From the NCBI GenBank assembly GCA_964016885.1, contig OZ024753.1:39308001-39372000 (forward strand): a stretch of 64,000 nt of DNA. The letters are read 5' to 3'. The position numbers were made by a program, and so were the translations under genes. The DNA comes from Eledone cirrhosa. Its lineage: Eukaryota. Within the stretch, counting starts at the first letter, position 1. Every line of letters starts with the position of its first letter. Shown piece after piece: positions 29,699 through 44,880 of the stretch. The notes beneath the pieces were generated by a model. That model searched no databases and was not told the origin of the DNA. It worked only from the letters and a program-made list of their open reading frames with translations.

Positions 29699-30012
29699 CG
29701 ATATTAAACAAATGGAAACTATATTTATAAAACCATATTTATTTCATTATACATATTTCGGGGATACCATATTAAAAATATGGCATGTCAGATAAAATAC
29801 AATATATAAACAGTTTTATAAATAATTTTGACGTACCATAAATATGAGCGACCATTATGTAGGAAGCTGGTTTGGTATTTATAAAACTGTTTATATATTG
29901 TATTTTATCTGACGAAGGCATGCCATATTTTTAATATGGTATCCCCGAAATATGTATAATGAAATAAATATGGTTTTATAAATATAGTTTCCATTTGTTT
30001 AATATCGTATAT
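29694..30012. mobile_element. Inverted repeat (arms 29694-29824 and 29876-30012), Penelope pLTR-like
   Basis: Arms are reverse-complementary except for a 6-bp deletion in the left arm. Confidence 0.8.
29901..29966 (+). ncRNA. Minimal type I hammerhead ribozyme
   Basis: Helix I TATTTTAT/ATGAAATA, CTGACGA(A), helix II GG..ATGCCATATT/AATATGGTAT..CC, GAAA, short helix III, ATA triplet. Predicted cut is after 29958. Confidence 0.7.
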
Positions 30013-30094
30013 CTACTCCAAAAACTTGTCGAGCGCTTTATATCAGTTATAAAATATTTACTTGTTGTAACCCAACAATTTTAAATAAAACTTT

Positions 30095-30128
<34 letters not shown>

Positions 30129-30285
30129 CTCTACGGTTCTTATATATTTGATATATATTTATCCTTATCGAGCCCTCTTTGGATTTTAGTCTTCAAATTT
30201 ATTATTATTACTATATATATATATATTTCGTTTCTGAATTTGTTTAGCAAGATTCTTTATCTGAAATCGTGTGTTGAAACCGATA

Positions 30286-30355
30286 TTGGGAGGGTCATAT
30301 TGCCAATAAGAAACACATGTGCGTGTGTTTCTTATTGGCAACATTACCCTCCCAA
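30286..30355. repeat. Imperfect palindrome (~32-bp arms) of a dispersed repeat end
   Basis: TTGGGAGGGTCATATTGCCAATAAGAAACACA is paired with its complement. Single arms occur at about 23950 and 41340. Confidence 0.75.
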
Positions 30356-30360
30356 GGTAT

Positions 30361-30412
<52 letters not shown>

Positions 30413-30445
30413 ATAAATGGAAAACTATATTTATAAAACCATATT

Positions 30446-30511
30446 TATTTCATTATATATATTTCGGGGATATCATATTAACAATATGCTATGCCTTCAT
30501 CAGACAAAATA
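30446..30511 (-). ncRNA. Minimal type I hammerhead ribozyme within pLTR-like repeat 30405-30665
   Basis: Same motif as 51763-51828 (CTGATGAAGG...CCCCGAAATATATATA-ATGAAATA). Confidence 0.7.
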
Positions 30512-30662
30512 CAATATAAACAGTTTTATAGATAAATATATTCGACATACCGTAATAAACATCAACTTCATTTGAAGAGGTTTACTCCAAATATTTGTCG
30601 AGTGCTTTTATATCAGTTATAAATATTTACTAGTTGTAACCCAACAATTTTAAATATAACTT

Positions 30663-30703
<41 letters not shown>

Positions 30704-31516
30704 TTGACGGAGACGAAAATGAGTACTCACTACCAAACCTTAACTATTTCAAAATATGTTTCCTTTCTGAAAAGCTATCAAAACTTTGTCCCAGAGATTC
30801 ATAAAGGAATTGCTGTTGTTACTAACTGCTTTAAGTTTCATTTATATCTCTTTGTCTTTATTAGCTACTGGACCGAAAGCATTCAGGACAACAGAAATAA
30901 ACAAAGACTTTTGGATATTATTACAGTTATTAATGTTAATAATATATAAATAATAAAGAAATCATTATTAATAATACTTTAAAGTATGAACCTTTACTGT
31001 CTTAATGCGATTGCGATTTTTCTTGAGAAAACAAAAAAATCGAAGATTTCTTTGATATGTATAATGTTCATTGTTCGTTAATTATATACGATAACAATTC
31101 CTAAAAAGGGGGTGTGTAATTTTGAATCAATCTTCTTTTAAATTGGTGACTAATCATTTTCGGCAATGGTTCCACACCTGATCCTATCGTAGGACACAGT
31201 ATAGAATCTTCAAAGAAAAAGGAAATCAAGAAAAGGAAATCAAGAAAAGGAAATCGAAGAAATGTTGCAAAAAGAATAAAAAAAAACAGTTAAAATTAAT
31301 ATTTAAAAACAAAAAAAAAATGTGGAGATAATCACAAACAAACTAAGAAAAAAAATCAATGAAAGACCACCATCTTGGGCCAATCTGGAAAATCGTTAAA
31401 AACTCTGTAAATATAAAAATGACCTAAACAAAAAAAAATAAATAGAATGGAATTAGAGGAACCCATTGCGATTGTAAAGTTGCTTTATGTATCAATAATA
31501 ATAATAATAATAATAA

Positions 31517-31663
31517 TAATTGTTTCTACTTTTGGCACAAGGCCAGCAATTATCCCAGTGCATTACTGGTACTTTATTTTATCGACCCCGTAAGGATGAA
31601 AGGCAAAGTAAACCTCGGCAGGATTTGAACTCAGAATGGCAAGAACCGTAACTCTATGCGTCA
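31517..31663 (-). mobile_element. SINE family A between (AAT)n tracts
   Basis: Reverse complement of the family core. Confidence 0.8.
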
Positions 31664-31772
<109 letters not shown>

Positions 31773-32133
31773 ATAATAATACCAACATCAACAATAATAA
31801 TGAGGGTAATTTTCCGTTTCAGATATGGAAGCCCCCTCCAATCATTTATTCCTTTCTATTCGGCCAATATTCTTTTAGTTATTAGTTCTACATCTTTGAC
31901 CAGCATACGTCTGCAAAGAATAAAAGACACAAAGTCAAACAAACAGACAGTCAGACAGACAGACTGAAGAAAGCAACCAGTCCCCCATATTCTTTACACC
32001 ATCAACACTGTCATTAGATTCTCGTGACCCCTCTCTTCCCCACCCATCTCTCTCTCTCTCTCTTTCTCTCACTTCATATCTCATCCTCTATTCACCAACC
32101 ACACACCCATCTCTCTCTCTCTCTCTCTCTCTA

Positions 32134-32199
<66 letters not shown>

Positions 32200-32235
32200 A
32201 CTTCATATCTCATCCTCTCTTCACCACCCACACAC

Positions 32236-32320
<85 letters not shown>

Positions 32321-32996
32321 ACTTCATATCTCGTCCTCTGTTCATCTCACTGTTTCCTCTCTATATCCCCCATCTCTCTGTATTTCATTCTCTCTATCTC
32401 ATTTCTTTTATCCTATTCTATTAATACACACACGGTCAACTGAATGCGCCTCTTTAATTGCCTGTCTCCATTTTTTATGGCCCTTCCTTCCAACGCTCCC
32501 GTTTCCATCCCGCTCCATTCCCATCCCGTACCATACCGTACCAATAAGGTCTGTTTTGCCGCTTCGTTTCGACTATTCTATAATTTCCTTTATTGACGCT
32601 TCATTGCACTTTCGTAGATCTTTGCAAGCTTTCTTACTCTCTAATGACTTCTGTAACATCATGGTTTACTTCTTACACCCTTTTTCCCCCTTATTTTCTT
32701 ATCCGTAACTTTGTCTCCTTCAGTCTCCGCCCCTTTTCCTCACATTCATTATACCCATTCTTCTGTTTGTTTCCTTATACGTATTTTTTATTGCCGTACT
32801 GTCATATCTTTCTCTTATCGCTTCTTTTCTTAATTCTTAATTCTTCTTGAATTAAGATTTGCCCCTCACCCCTTTTTTCTTCTTCTTTTTTCTTTTTTTA
32901 TTCTTCTCTTTTTCTTCTTTTTTTCTTTTTTTTTCTTTTCTTTCTCTTTATTACACTTCTTGCTCTATTAATCTTCCATGACGTATAACAATACAT

Positions 32997-33081
<85 letters not shown>

Positions 33082-33277
33082 GACATTGGGCTTACAATGA
33101 AGGCATACATACACACCACTAACACAAACTCTCTCTGATATATATATATGTATGTATATACATATATATATATATATATACATATACGTATATATATATA
33201 TATATATATATACATATATATGTATATATATAAATATATATATACATATACATATATATATATATATATACATATAC

Positions 33278-33320
<43 letters not shown>

Positions 33321-33428
33321 TATGTATATATATAAATATATATATACACATATATATTTTTATATGTATGTATATATATATGATTACAAATATATATTTA
33401 CATATAACATAGATGCATATATACATAT

Positions 33429-33491
<63 letters not shown>

Positions 33492-33571
33492 TATGTGTGT
33501 ATGTATGCATATATGTGTGTATGTATGTATGTGTGTATGCATATAGGTATGTGTAACTAATTCACGTGAAC

Positions 33572-33771
33572 NNNNNNNNNNNNNNNNNNNNNNNNNNNNN
33601 NNNNNNNNNNNNNNNNNNNNNNNNNNNNNNNNNNNNNNNNNNNNNNNNNNNNNNNNNNNNNNNNNNNNNNNNNNNNNNNNNNNNNNNNNNNNNNNNNNNN
33701 NNNNNNNNNNNNNNNNNNNNNNNNNNNNNNNNNNNNNNNNNNNNNNNNNNNNNNNNNNNNNNNNNNNNNNN
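33572..33771. other. Assembly gap (200 N)
   Basis: Run of n. Confidence 1.
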
Positions 33772-33828
33772 ACATTTTTCTGTCTTCTTCGCTCTAAGTC
33801 TTTTTCGATTTTATCGTGATGTTCGTCA

Positions 33829-33873
33829 AGTCTATCTCTGATGAAGGACTAGTGTCCGAAACGTGTAAACTCT
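33829..33873 (+). ncRNA. Hammerhead-like motif with poor helix I, in a pLTR-like repeat (~33772-33935)
   Basis: CTGATGA-A-GGAC-TAGT-GTCC-GAAAC-GT-GTA. Confidence 0.5.
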
Positions 33874-34003
33874 TTTCTACTATATCAAGCGTGCAACTAA
33901 TATATTTCTTCTTTGTACTGAGTCGCTTGCATTGTTTATTTCTGTTTACTATCATCTTCATTATCATCGCCAACACCATCACATCGCCATCAATCGTCAA
34001 CAC

Positions 34004-34034
<31 letters not shown>

Positions 34035-34055
34035 GTCATCATCCTCGCCACCATC

Positions 34056-34086
<31 letters not shown>

Positions 34087-34322
34087 TCGACATCATCATC
34101 ATCGCCACCATCATCGATCGTCATCATCATCATCGTCATCATCATCATCATCGCCATTATCATCGTCACCATCATCATCATCATCGTCATCACCAATCAT
34201 CACCATCATCATCAGCATCATCAACATCATCAATCATTATCAACATCATCACCATCATCACCACATCTGCCAAACTACATTTGCTATAACAAATCACGCT
34301 GTATTACATTTAAGATGTTTTG

Positions 34323-34516
34323 TAAGGGCGGTGGATTGGCAGTATCGGTAGAGAGAGTCGACGCCATGCTTTCCAGCATAGTTACGTCCCTTTACGATCT
34401 GAGTTCAAATCCCGCCGCGGTTGACTTTGCCTTTCATCCTTACGGGGTCGATAAAATAAAGTACCAGTAATGCACTGGGTAATTGCTGGCCTTGTGCCTA
34501 AAGTAGAAACAATTAC
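34323..34516 (+). mobile_element. Full-length SINE family A with 19-bp target-site duplication
   Basis: ATTACATTTAAGATGTTTT occurs at 34303-34321 and 34512-34530. Confidence 0.9.
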
Positions 34517-34699
34517 ATTTAAGATGTTTTCAGTTTTCTGTTGTTCGTTTTTTTTTATAGAAGAGAGAAACATATTTTCATGTGTTTTAAGTTTGGAATT
34601 AACAAGATTTTATTAGTGGAATATATATTGACAATGTATGACAAGATATTTTAAAATTATTTTTATAGAATATATACAATTCCTATCTACGTGTATGAG

Positions 34700-34788
<89 letters not shown>

Positions 34789-34920
34789 TGTGTGTGTGTA
34801 TATGTGTGTCTGTATATATATATATATATATATATAAATATATATAAATATATATATATATATATATTGTATATTTATATATATATAAATATATATATAT
34901 ACACATATAGATAGATATAT

Positions 34921-35010
<90 letters not shown>

Positions 35011-35352
35011 CTATCTATATGTGTATGTATATATATATTTATATATATATAAATATACAATTATATATAAATATATATATATATACAGACACACACATAT
35101 ATATATATATACTTGTAGAAATGTATATAAAATATATATATGATACATTTGCATATGAAATATATAGACTCTCGTGTGTATACATATATATACATTTATA
35201 ACCGAAAAATATACGACACACACACATATATATATATATGTATATATATTTATATATATTTATATATATGTGTGTGTGTGTGTGAATGTATTTGTGTTTG
35301 AATACGTAAAAGTATATGTATATACCTAAATATATACATACATACATATATA

Positions 35353-35396
<44 letters not shown>

Positions 35397-35741
35397 AGTG
35401 AATGTATGTGACAAAATATTTACGTTATAATATATGAGTATATTTTAATCAATCACAGCAAGTGGATCAAGGAGATTATCATAAGATTTGACTACCCTGG
35501 GGCAGAGAATTCTAATAGAATTAGGATTGTTAGCAAAAGAGACATAGAATAGTAAATGTAATGTTGACTCGTACACTGATTATTCAGACCAACGGGTAGA
35601 CTTCCAATTTCATACTAATGAATGCAGATTCTAACTTTATGTATGTATGTATGTATGGGTGTATGTATATTTGTGTGTGTGTGTATGTGTGTGTGTGTGT
35701 AGAAATATGTATATATATACATATATTATATATATATATAT

Positions 35742-35805
<64 letters not shown>

Positions 35806-35853
35806 CATTTGTTTGAATATAAGTATATGTGCATATATATATACGTATTTATG

Positions 35854-35894
<41 letters not shown>

Positions 35895-35939
35895 TTGTTT
35901 GAATATAAGTATATGTGCATATATATATACGTATTTATG

Positions 35940-36015
<76 letters not shown>

Positions 36016-36061
36016 ATATATATATATATATATATATACTTATACATATCTATAGATGTAC

Positions 36062-36094
<33 letters not shown>

Positions 36095-36253
36095 CATTTG
36101 TTTGAATATAAGTATATGTGTATATATACGTATTTTTATGTATGTATATATATATATATATATGTGTGTGTATATATATATATATACATATATATATATG
36201 TATAGATGTACATATATATATATATATACATATACATATCTATAGATGTACAT

Positions 36254-36288
<35 letters not shown>

Positions 36289-36403
36289 ATATATATATAT
36301 ATATATATTCATAGTAATCTCTTTAACATGTCTTGATGCTCTTCGCGATATTTACATCAATTCATTTAGATACATATACATTTTTATCGTCTGTCTGTCT
36401 ATA

Positions 36404-36471
<68 letters not shown>

Positions 36472-37189
36472 CCTCTATTATTATTGAATATATATGTAGA
36501 ATTTAATATCTATATAAATATCTATTGACTTTCCTCTTTTTTAATAATGAACATATCACATATGTATATGTATATGTGTATATATATATATACATATGTG
36601 TGTGTGCGTATGTGTGTGTGTGAGTGTGTGTGTATGTGTGTGTGTATATATATATATATGTATATGACAATACGTGGATATAATTGTGCATGTATCTGCT
36701 TCTGTATAAGAACATGGACATGTATATTAGAAAATGTAAAACATATGTATATATATATACGTATATATGCGTATATATACGTATATATATATATATACGT
36801 ATATATGCGTATATATATACACATTCATATATGGATATATACTTATATATACATATATATATTTATATATATATTTATATTTATATATGTAGTCATATAC
36901 GTATGTTAGAGCGCTCACGTGTGTGTGTATGTATGTATGTGTGTATGTATGTATGTATGTATGTATGTATGTATGTATGTATGTATGTATGTATGTATGT
37001 ATGTATGTATGTATGTGTATATGCCAGTATATATTACATATATAGTACTGAATATATTTCATTTCATACACACACTCACTCCAGTATCTGTAGCTATACA
37101 TCTGTCTTTAACTATAAAATGTCTCGCTATCATCACAAATACTGAAGTTCTTAGAGAATAAATCTTTCTCTGTCTTACTCTCCCCTCCC

Positions 37190-37248
<59 letters not shown>

Positions 37249-37278
37249 ATGTGTGTGTGTTAACTAGTTTGTGTTAAG

Positions 37279-37369
<91 letters not shown>

Positions 37370-38107
37370 AGAGCGAGAGAGAGAAATATAGAAAAAGAGA
37401 GAGACAGCGAGAGAGGGGGAGGGAAGGAGAGAGTGATGAGGGGAGAGAATATGTTCATACATACATACATAAAAAAACTTTCCCAACTGAAACTTTTTTC
37501 ACCCATTTTTGCGATTAAGTAAAAACGGAGTTATCGTTCTTAAGATTTCGGCGTGGAGAGATTTCAGGAACTGATGTCGCTACAACGTCAAAGTATTTAC
37601 CTCTACTGTTGCATCATGGGAGGAGTAATGGCTGAATTTTATTTTTTAACGACGTCAAACTTTTAAATTTCTTTCGCGGCATCTTGTTCCTTGTTTGGTA
37701 TAAGTAAATAAATAAAACGATTAATTTACTCCCCCACCGCTCTTTAATCTGAAGATTACCGTGGGATCGAGAGGGGTTTAAGGTAAAGTAAGTGTAACAT
37801 ATAATCCCTAAACCGGTGTCACGATTAATTTTACACTATTATTATCAAAACAATGTCGGGTTTTATGATTATTTTGAAGTTTTATTTATCTTCTATCGCT
37901 GCATTTTCTGTATTTATAATTAAATAAATTAATAAAAAGGTTTTAATACTTTAAATATATAAAACTTTCAACAACTTTTCTGGTAGCTTCGCTGGTAGGA
38001 GTAATGGGTATTCATTCTTTCGTAACGAGATGATAGGGTCGAGCTGTTGCTGCATAAATGATTTGATTTTATTATTTTAACCTACAAATGATATAATGTA
38101 TATATAT

Positions 38108-38160
<53 letters not shown>

Positions 38161-38385
38161 TATATATCTTTATTTTTAACCGTTGGTCAATCAAGCCAGA
38201 TAAATTAACTATGGGGATATAAAAGATACAGAAGCGAAAACCAATCCAAACCGAACCGAAGCGTGAATGTGTTTTACTTTTTCTGGCAATATTATAACAA
38301 TATATTCTCTTTTACACTTTTACCTATTCCAGCCGTCCGGCTGAGGCCATACTGAATCACCGCCCTTATATATAAATATATATAT

Positions 38386-38447
<62 letters not shown>

Positions 38448-38569
38448 GTATAGAGATTGTTTTAGCAAGAAGCTAACGGCATTCTATAACATATATGCGA
38501 CTATAACGTCAAGATGGGAAAAGTAGTTAGCGATTCTTTACTTAACTTTAATCTGTTATTTTAATATAT

Positions 38570-38602
<33 letters not shown>

Positions 38603-38677
38603 TAAAATAACAGATTAAAGTTAAGTAAAGAATCGCTGCTTTTACCTTAACGGGATCTTCTGAAACTTTATCTATAA

Positions 38678-38772
38678 TAACTTTGCCTTACATCCTTACG
38701 GGGTCGATAAAATAAAGTACTAGTGATGTACTGGGTAATTGCTGGCCTCGTGCCTAACATAGAAACAATTAT

Positions 38773-38775
<3 letters not shown>
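38678..38775 (+). mobile_element. SINE family A 3' fragment
   Basis: Family core and tail are present. Confidence 0.75.
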
Positions 38776-38818
<43 letters not shown>

Positions 38819-38952
38819 GTGAGGTTTTTTTTTTTTACAAAATGAAAAATAACCGAGGTGTCCTACACGAGTGAAAGTATAAAGAATAAGAGATGAAATC
38901 GAAAATGCAACTGGAGTCTTATTTTTTTTTAAATATATATATTTATTTGGTT

Positions 38953-38990
38953 CCTTTACCGGGTTCGCAGTTCTTCTGCTTTTCAAAAGG
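38953..38990 (-). ncRNA. Minimal hammerhead, U3-A8 variant with one core change (GAAC), in a repeat shared with 51305-51416
   Basis: Minus strand reads CCTT-TTGAAAA-GCAG-AAGAA-CTGC-GAAC-CCG-GTA-AAGG. Confidence 0.55.
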
Positions 38991-39429
38991 TGAGTTGAGA
39001 TGGAGGGTCTGTGGTTTTTCTCACATCTGGTTGGTCTCTGAATGTTACTTGTTTTATATGGAAAAAGTGGCTCGAAATGCCAGGTTTTTCGAGAAGTAAT
39101 TTGATTGGTTTGTCAATAATTATAATAAATTTCGCGCAGTTCGCGTTACAATAGTTCTTCAAATAAGAGGGGGGGGTTGTCACAGGTTGTTTTTTCATAT
39201 ATGAGTGTTTGAATTTCTTTTTACTTGAAAAAAGGGGCTCACGAAGCCTTTTTTTTTGGTTGGTTATAATGAAATTATGGCTGTCACGTGAACAAGTTTT
39301 CATTAAATTTCCGTGCCCTTATTTGGAAATCCATTCTGTAGCCTTTTTAGAGAATTTTATGATAAGTGAAAGATAATGGTCAAGAGAAAGGATGGGAGAA
39401 TTGTTTATATATATATATATTTATATATA

Positions 39430-39480
<51 letters not shown>

Positions 39481-39591
39481 TTATATATATATATATATAT
39501 ATAATGTAGGAGGTGAGTTTTATTGTAGTACAATAAAGCAATGCAGATATCGGATAAGAAGCACTCTACAGTTTGTGGGACTGGAGTATGC

Positions 39592-39943
39592 ATAATATAA
39601 GATCAAAAGATGGTTAAAGGAGTTCAATATATTTTATTATGCGCATTTCAAAAACAAACATCATCAAACAATAATATTTGTGTTTTCATCAGATAAAACA
39701 GGAGAACATGATATGAAGGCTAAAAAAACACTTGTTGATAGTGCAGTTTTAAATCAACATATATATATCATGATATGTTGATTTAAAACTGCACTATCAA
39801 CAAGTGTTTTTTTAGCCTTCATATCATGTTCTCCTGTTTTATCTGATGAAAACACAAATATTATTGTTTGATGATGTTTGTTTCTGAAATGCGCATAATA
39901 AAATATATTGAACTCCTTTAACCATCTTTTGATCTTATATTAT
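39592..39943. mobile_element. Inverted repeat (171-bp arms, 10-nt loop), pLTR-like
   Basis: 39592-39762 versus 39773-39943; one mismatch seen. Confidence 0.85.
39835..39905 (+). ncRNA. Minimal type I hammerhead (mirror on - strand at 39630-39700)
   Basis: Helix I TGTTTTAT/ATAAAATA, CTGATGA, long helix II with a weak base, GAAA, palindromic TGCGCA, ATA triplet. Confidence 0.6.
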
Positions 39944-39944
39944 A

Positions 39945-40021
<77 letters not shown>

Positions 40022-40366
40022 TGTATATATATAAATATATACATATATATATATATGTGTGTGTGTGGGGGGGGGGGGTACAAAGAAAAGAAAAGAATTG
40101 ATTTATATCCAAAGTTCTTTATATTTAGACTTACGATATATCAGCTATTGAACAACGCCAAGCAGAAAATTAGCCAAAAATAGTTAAGGAAGACATGAAA
40201 GTCTTTTTACTCTTTCGGTTAATTTTTCCAGATTTTTTTTTCGGGTTTTTAAACGTTTTTTAACAAAGAAAGGTAACGGCAAGTTCTGTTTTTAATGTTT
40301 CATATTGTGTTGGTGTTTTTTGCCAAAATTGAAGCAAAAGCTAAATGTAGGATGAACCCACCATAG

Positions 40367-40885
<519 letters not shown>

Positions 40886-41300
40886 TAAGTGAAACAGAAA
40901 AAAAATGAAGACACTTTTTTTATCTTTTCTCTCTTCTAGACATTTACTGTCGTAAACAAAAACTGGTAAGAAATGGAAATAAGAGAGGTTTGTGATGTAT
41001 CAAGGGATGTGTTGTTGTTGATGTTTACCTTGTTATTGATGTTGGTGTTGTTGGTGTCACTACTTCAGTTGTTGAAAACAGGTACATAGAGAGAAATAAC
41101 ATACATACATACATACATGTATGTATGTATATATATAGATGTATGTATGTATGTTTGTATGTATGTATGTATGTATGTATGTATGTATGCATGTATGTAT
41201 GTATAGAGATACATACATACATATATACATGCATATATTCATACGTACATACATAGATTGATGTGTACACATCTATTCCTTATATATACAGACACAGACA

Positions 41301-41339
<39 letters not shown>

Positions 41340-41375
41340 TTATGCTTTGAGAGGGTCATGTTGCCAATATATATG

Positions 41376-41407
<32 letters not shown>

Positions 41408-41453
41408 AACATATATACGTGTATGTATAGATGTATATACATATATATATGTA

Positions 41454-41565
<112 letters not shown>

Positions 41566-41643
41566 TATCTATATATATATCTATGTATATATATATATAT
41601 ATATATGCATATATATATGTATGCATATATACATTTATATATT

Positions 41644-41735
<92 letters not shown>

Positions 41736-41994
41736 TATGTATGTATGTATATATGAATATATATATGTATGTATATATATATAAATATATATATATACAT
41801 ACATACATAGATACATACATACATACATACATACATACATACATACATACATACATACATACATACATACATACATACATGATGGCTGCCCCCTCGTTAT
41901 CGAGTATGGCCATTGCTCGAGTAGAAAAAAAAATATTAATAAATAAATAAAAAAGAAAATAAATAAAAACATACATACATACATACATACATGC

Positions 41995-42025
<31 letters not shown>

Positions 42026-42032
42026 CATACAT

Positions 42033-42083
<51 letters not shown>

Positions 42084-42347
42084 TTGCCTGGAAACAACAA
42101 TAGAAAAAATGATAAAGAAACGCCACCAAAAGAAGGAAAAGACTGTAAAACAAAAGAGATTTGGATTGGGAGATAATTATGGTGTCTAAAACAACAGTGA
42201 AGATATATAAACAAAGTATATAAGAATATATGCAGAAAAATGTATAGAAATTGAGCAGTTGGGGAGAGAGTTAGAGGGAGATTCTGTGTCTATATAATAA
42301 GCATATATAAATAGTATGTATATATGCTGATACACACACATATATAT

Positions 42348-42488
<141 letters not shown>

Positions 42489-43124
42489 AGACAGTTAAGC
42501 CGACGCACAGACATTCATGCGTGAGAGACGTAGAAATGATGTGACATAAAATAAACAATTATTAACATAAACAAAAATATACAACAGCAACAACAACAAC
42601 AACAACAACAGCAACAGCAACAACAATAACGACAACAACAGCAACAACAACATAAATATACATCGAAATGTCACGTGCTGAATTTTGGTCTGCAAATTCA
42701 ATGAACTCGAAGCTGTTTGACAAAGCAAAATCTAAGGTCGGCCATTTGTGATTTGCAGTAGATCGAACCACGTGATCATAAAATGCATCTTGAGATTTGA
42801 AAAAAATGGCGTCTTCTTGAAATAGTTGACATATGTCATGCTGATGTCTTCCTATCTATTGTTCTTGTGTGTTTCTGTGATTATTTAATTGCTTGTTTGT
42901 GAGTTTCTGCTTGTCTACCTGTGTGTGTGATTGTGTCTATGGCTATGTTTGTTTGTGTGTCTATGTGTGTGTGTGTGTGTGTGTTTGTGCATATATGTCA
43001 ATGTGTATATATGCATCTGTTTGTGTACCTGTGTGGCTGATTGTGTCTATGTTTATGTTTGTGTGTATCTATGTTTATGTTTGTGTGTATCTATGTTTAT
43101 GTTTGTGTGTTTGTGTCTATGTTT

Positions 43125-43270
43125 ATGATCTGCGTTCAAATCCCGCCAAGGCTAGCTTTGCCTTTCATCCTTATGGGGTCGATAAAATAAAGTACCAGTA
43201 ACGTACTGGGGTCAATTCAATCAACATTCCCCTCTCCTCAAATTGCTGGCCTTCTACCTATAGTAGAAAT
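43125..43270 (+). mobile_element. SINE family A fragment
   Basis: Family core is present. Confidence 0.75.
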
Positions 43271-43751
43271 CCTTATACGTTCTTTTCATTCCTATTCGTT
43301 CGACCTAAAACAATAATAGACTTCAATAAAATAAATACTAATACCGATAAGATCTCTAAATAAAGGCAGTGCCCTAGCATGGCCGCAGTCCTGTGACCGA
43401 AATCTATAAAAGAATATTAGAACAAAAGAATAAAACTTTCAGTTTTCATTAAAACTAACACAGAAGAGGGGGGTGATCTCCCTTTTTACGGCAAATTTTC
43501 TGACGACACACATCAATGACGTCATACCAATTCTTAGACAATATACAAAATATCTGTCGAAAGTGATTTAGGTCCAGATTATATTTCAGTAGTAATAATT
43601 TTTTGGGGTCTGTTTATGTTTGTGTGTTTATGTTTGTGTGTTTGTGTGTGGGTGTTTATGTGTGGATGGGGTGTATTTCTGTGTGTGTGGCACAGATTTA
43701 GAGGGTGAGAGATAGAGAGAGTGGGTACGAAGAAGAAAAAAAAGAAAGAAA

Positions 43752-43787
<36 letters not shown>

Positions 43788-43859
43788 ACGTTTCTCTATA
43801 TTTATATTTGCATGCTATTCCCTGTCCTCTTTGTATTGTCATCATTATTAATTTTTTAC

Positions 43860-44805
43860 GAGGGTGGGGGATTGGCAGTGTCAGTAGAGCACCAGACACC
43901 ATGCTTTGCAGCATAGAGTTATGGCCCTTTACGGTCTGAGTTCAAATCCCACCGAGGATAACTTTGCCTTTCATCCTTACGGGTCGATAAAATAAAGTAC
44001 CAGTAACGTACTGGGATCGATTTAATCGACTTTCCCCTGCCCCAGAATTACTGACATTGTGTCTATACTAGAAATCATTATTACTTTTTAAGGGCGGTGG
44101 ATTGGCAGTATCGGTAGAGGATAGGACGCCATGCTTTGACTCATAGAGTTACGGCCCTTGCCATTCTGAGTTCAAATCTCGCCGAGGTTAACTTTACCTT
44201 TCATCCTTACGGGGTCGATAAAATAAAGTACCAGTAATGTACTGGGTAATTGCTGGCCTTGTGCCTAAAGTAGAAACAATTATTACTTTTTAAGGGCGAT
44301 GGATTGGCAGTATCGGTAGAGGGTCGGACGCCATGCTTTGACGCATAGAGTTACGGCCCTTGCCATTCTGAGTTCAAATCCCGCCGAGGTTGACTTTGCC
44401 TTTCATCCTTTCGGGGTCGATAAAATAAAGTACCAGTAATGTACTGGGTAATTGCTGGCCTTGTGCCAATAGTAGAAACAAATATTACTTTTTTACGAAG
44501 GTGGAGGATTGGCAGTGTCGGTAGAGCGTCGGACTCCATCCATTGTTTCATAGAGTTTCGGCAGTTTACGTTCTGAGTATAAATCCTGTCGAGGTTCGTT
44601 TTGCCATCCCTCCTTACGAGGTCGATAAAATAAAGTACCAGTAATTCACTGTGATCTATGTAATCGACTTTCACATCCACCCTTGTACCTAAATCAAAAA
44701 CCATCCGAGGTTAACTTTGCCTTTCATCCTTACGGGGTCTATAAAATAAAGTACCAGTAATGCACTGGCATAATTGCTGGCCTTGTGCCAAAAGTAGAAA
44801 CAATT
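43860..44805 (+). mobile_element. Head-to-tail array of five SINE family A copies
   Basis: Core repeats at about 43960, 44190, 44390, 44600 and 44715. Junctions read ATTACTTTTT. Confidence 0.85.
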
Positions 44806-44880
44806 TTTATGTATTCCAAATGTAGGCGCAGCATGGTCAATGGTCAAATGGTTGAGTAGTTCGCTTCTAAAACTTGAGAC

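Noticed and set aside
43363-43416. GGCAGTGCCCTAGCATGGCCGCAGTC..GACCGAAA motif (relatives at about 7790 and 38320)
   Set aside because: It looks like a dispersed repeat end with a hairpin-GAAA but has no CUGANGA; it cannot be classified from the sequence alone.
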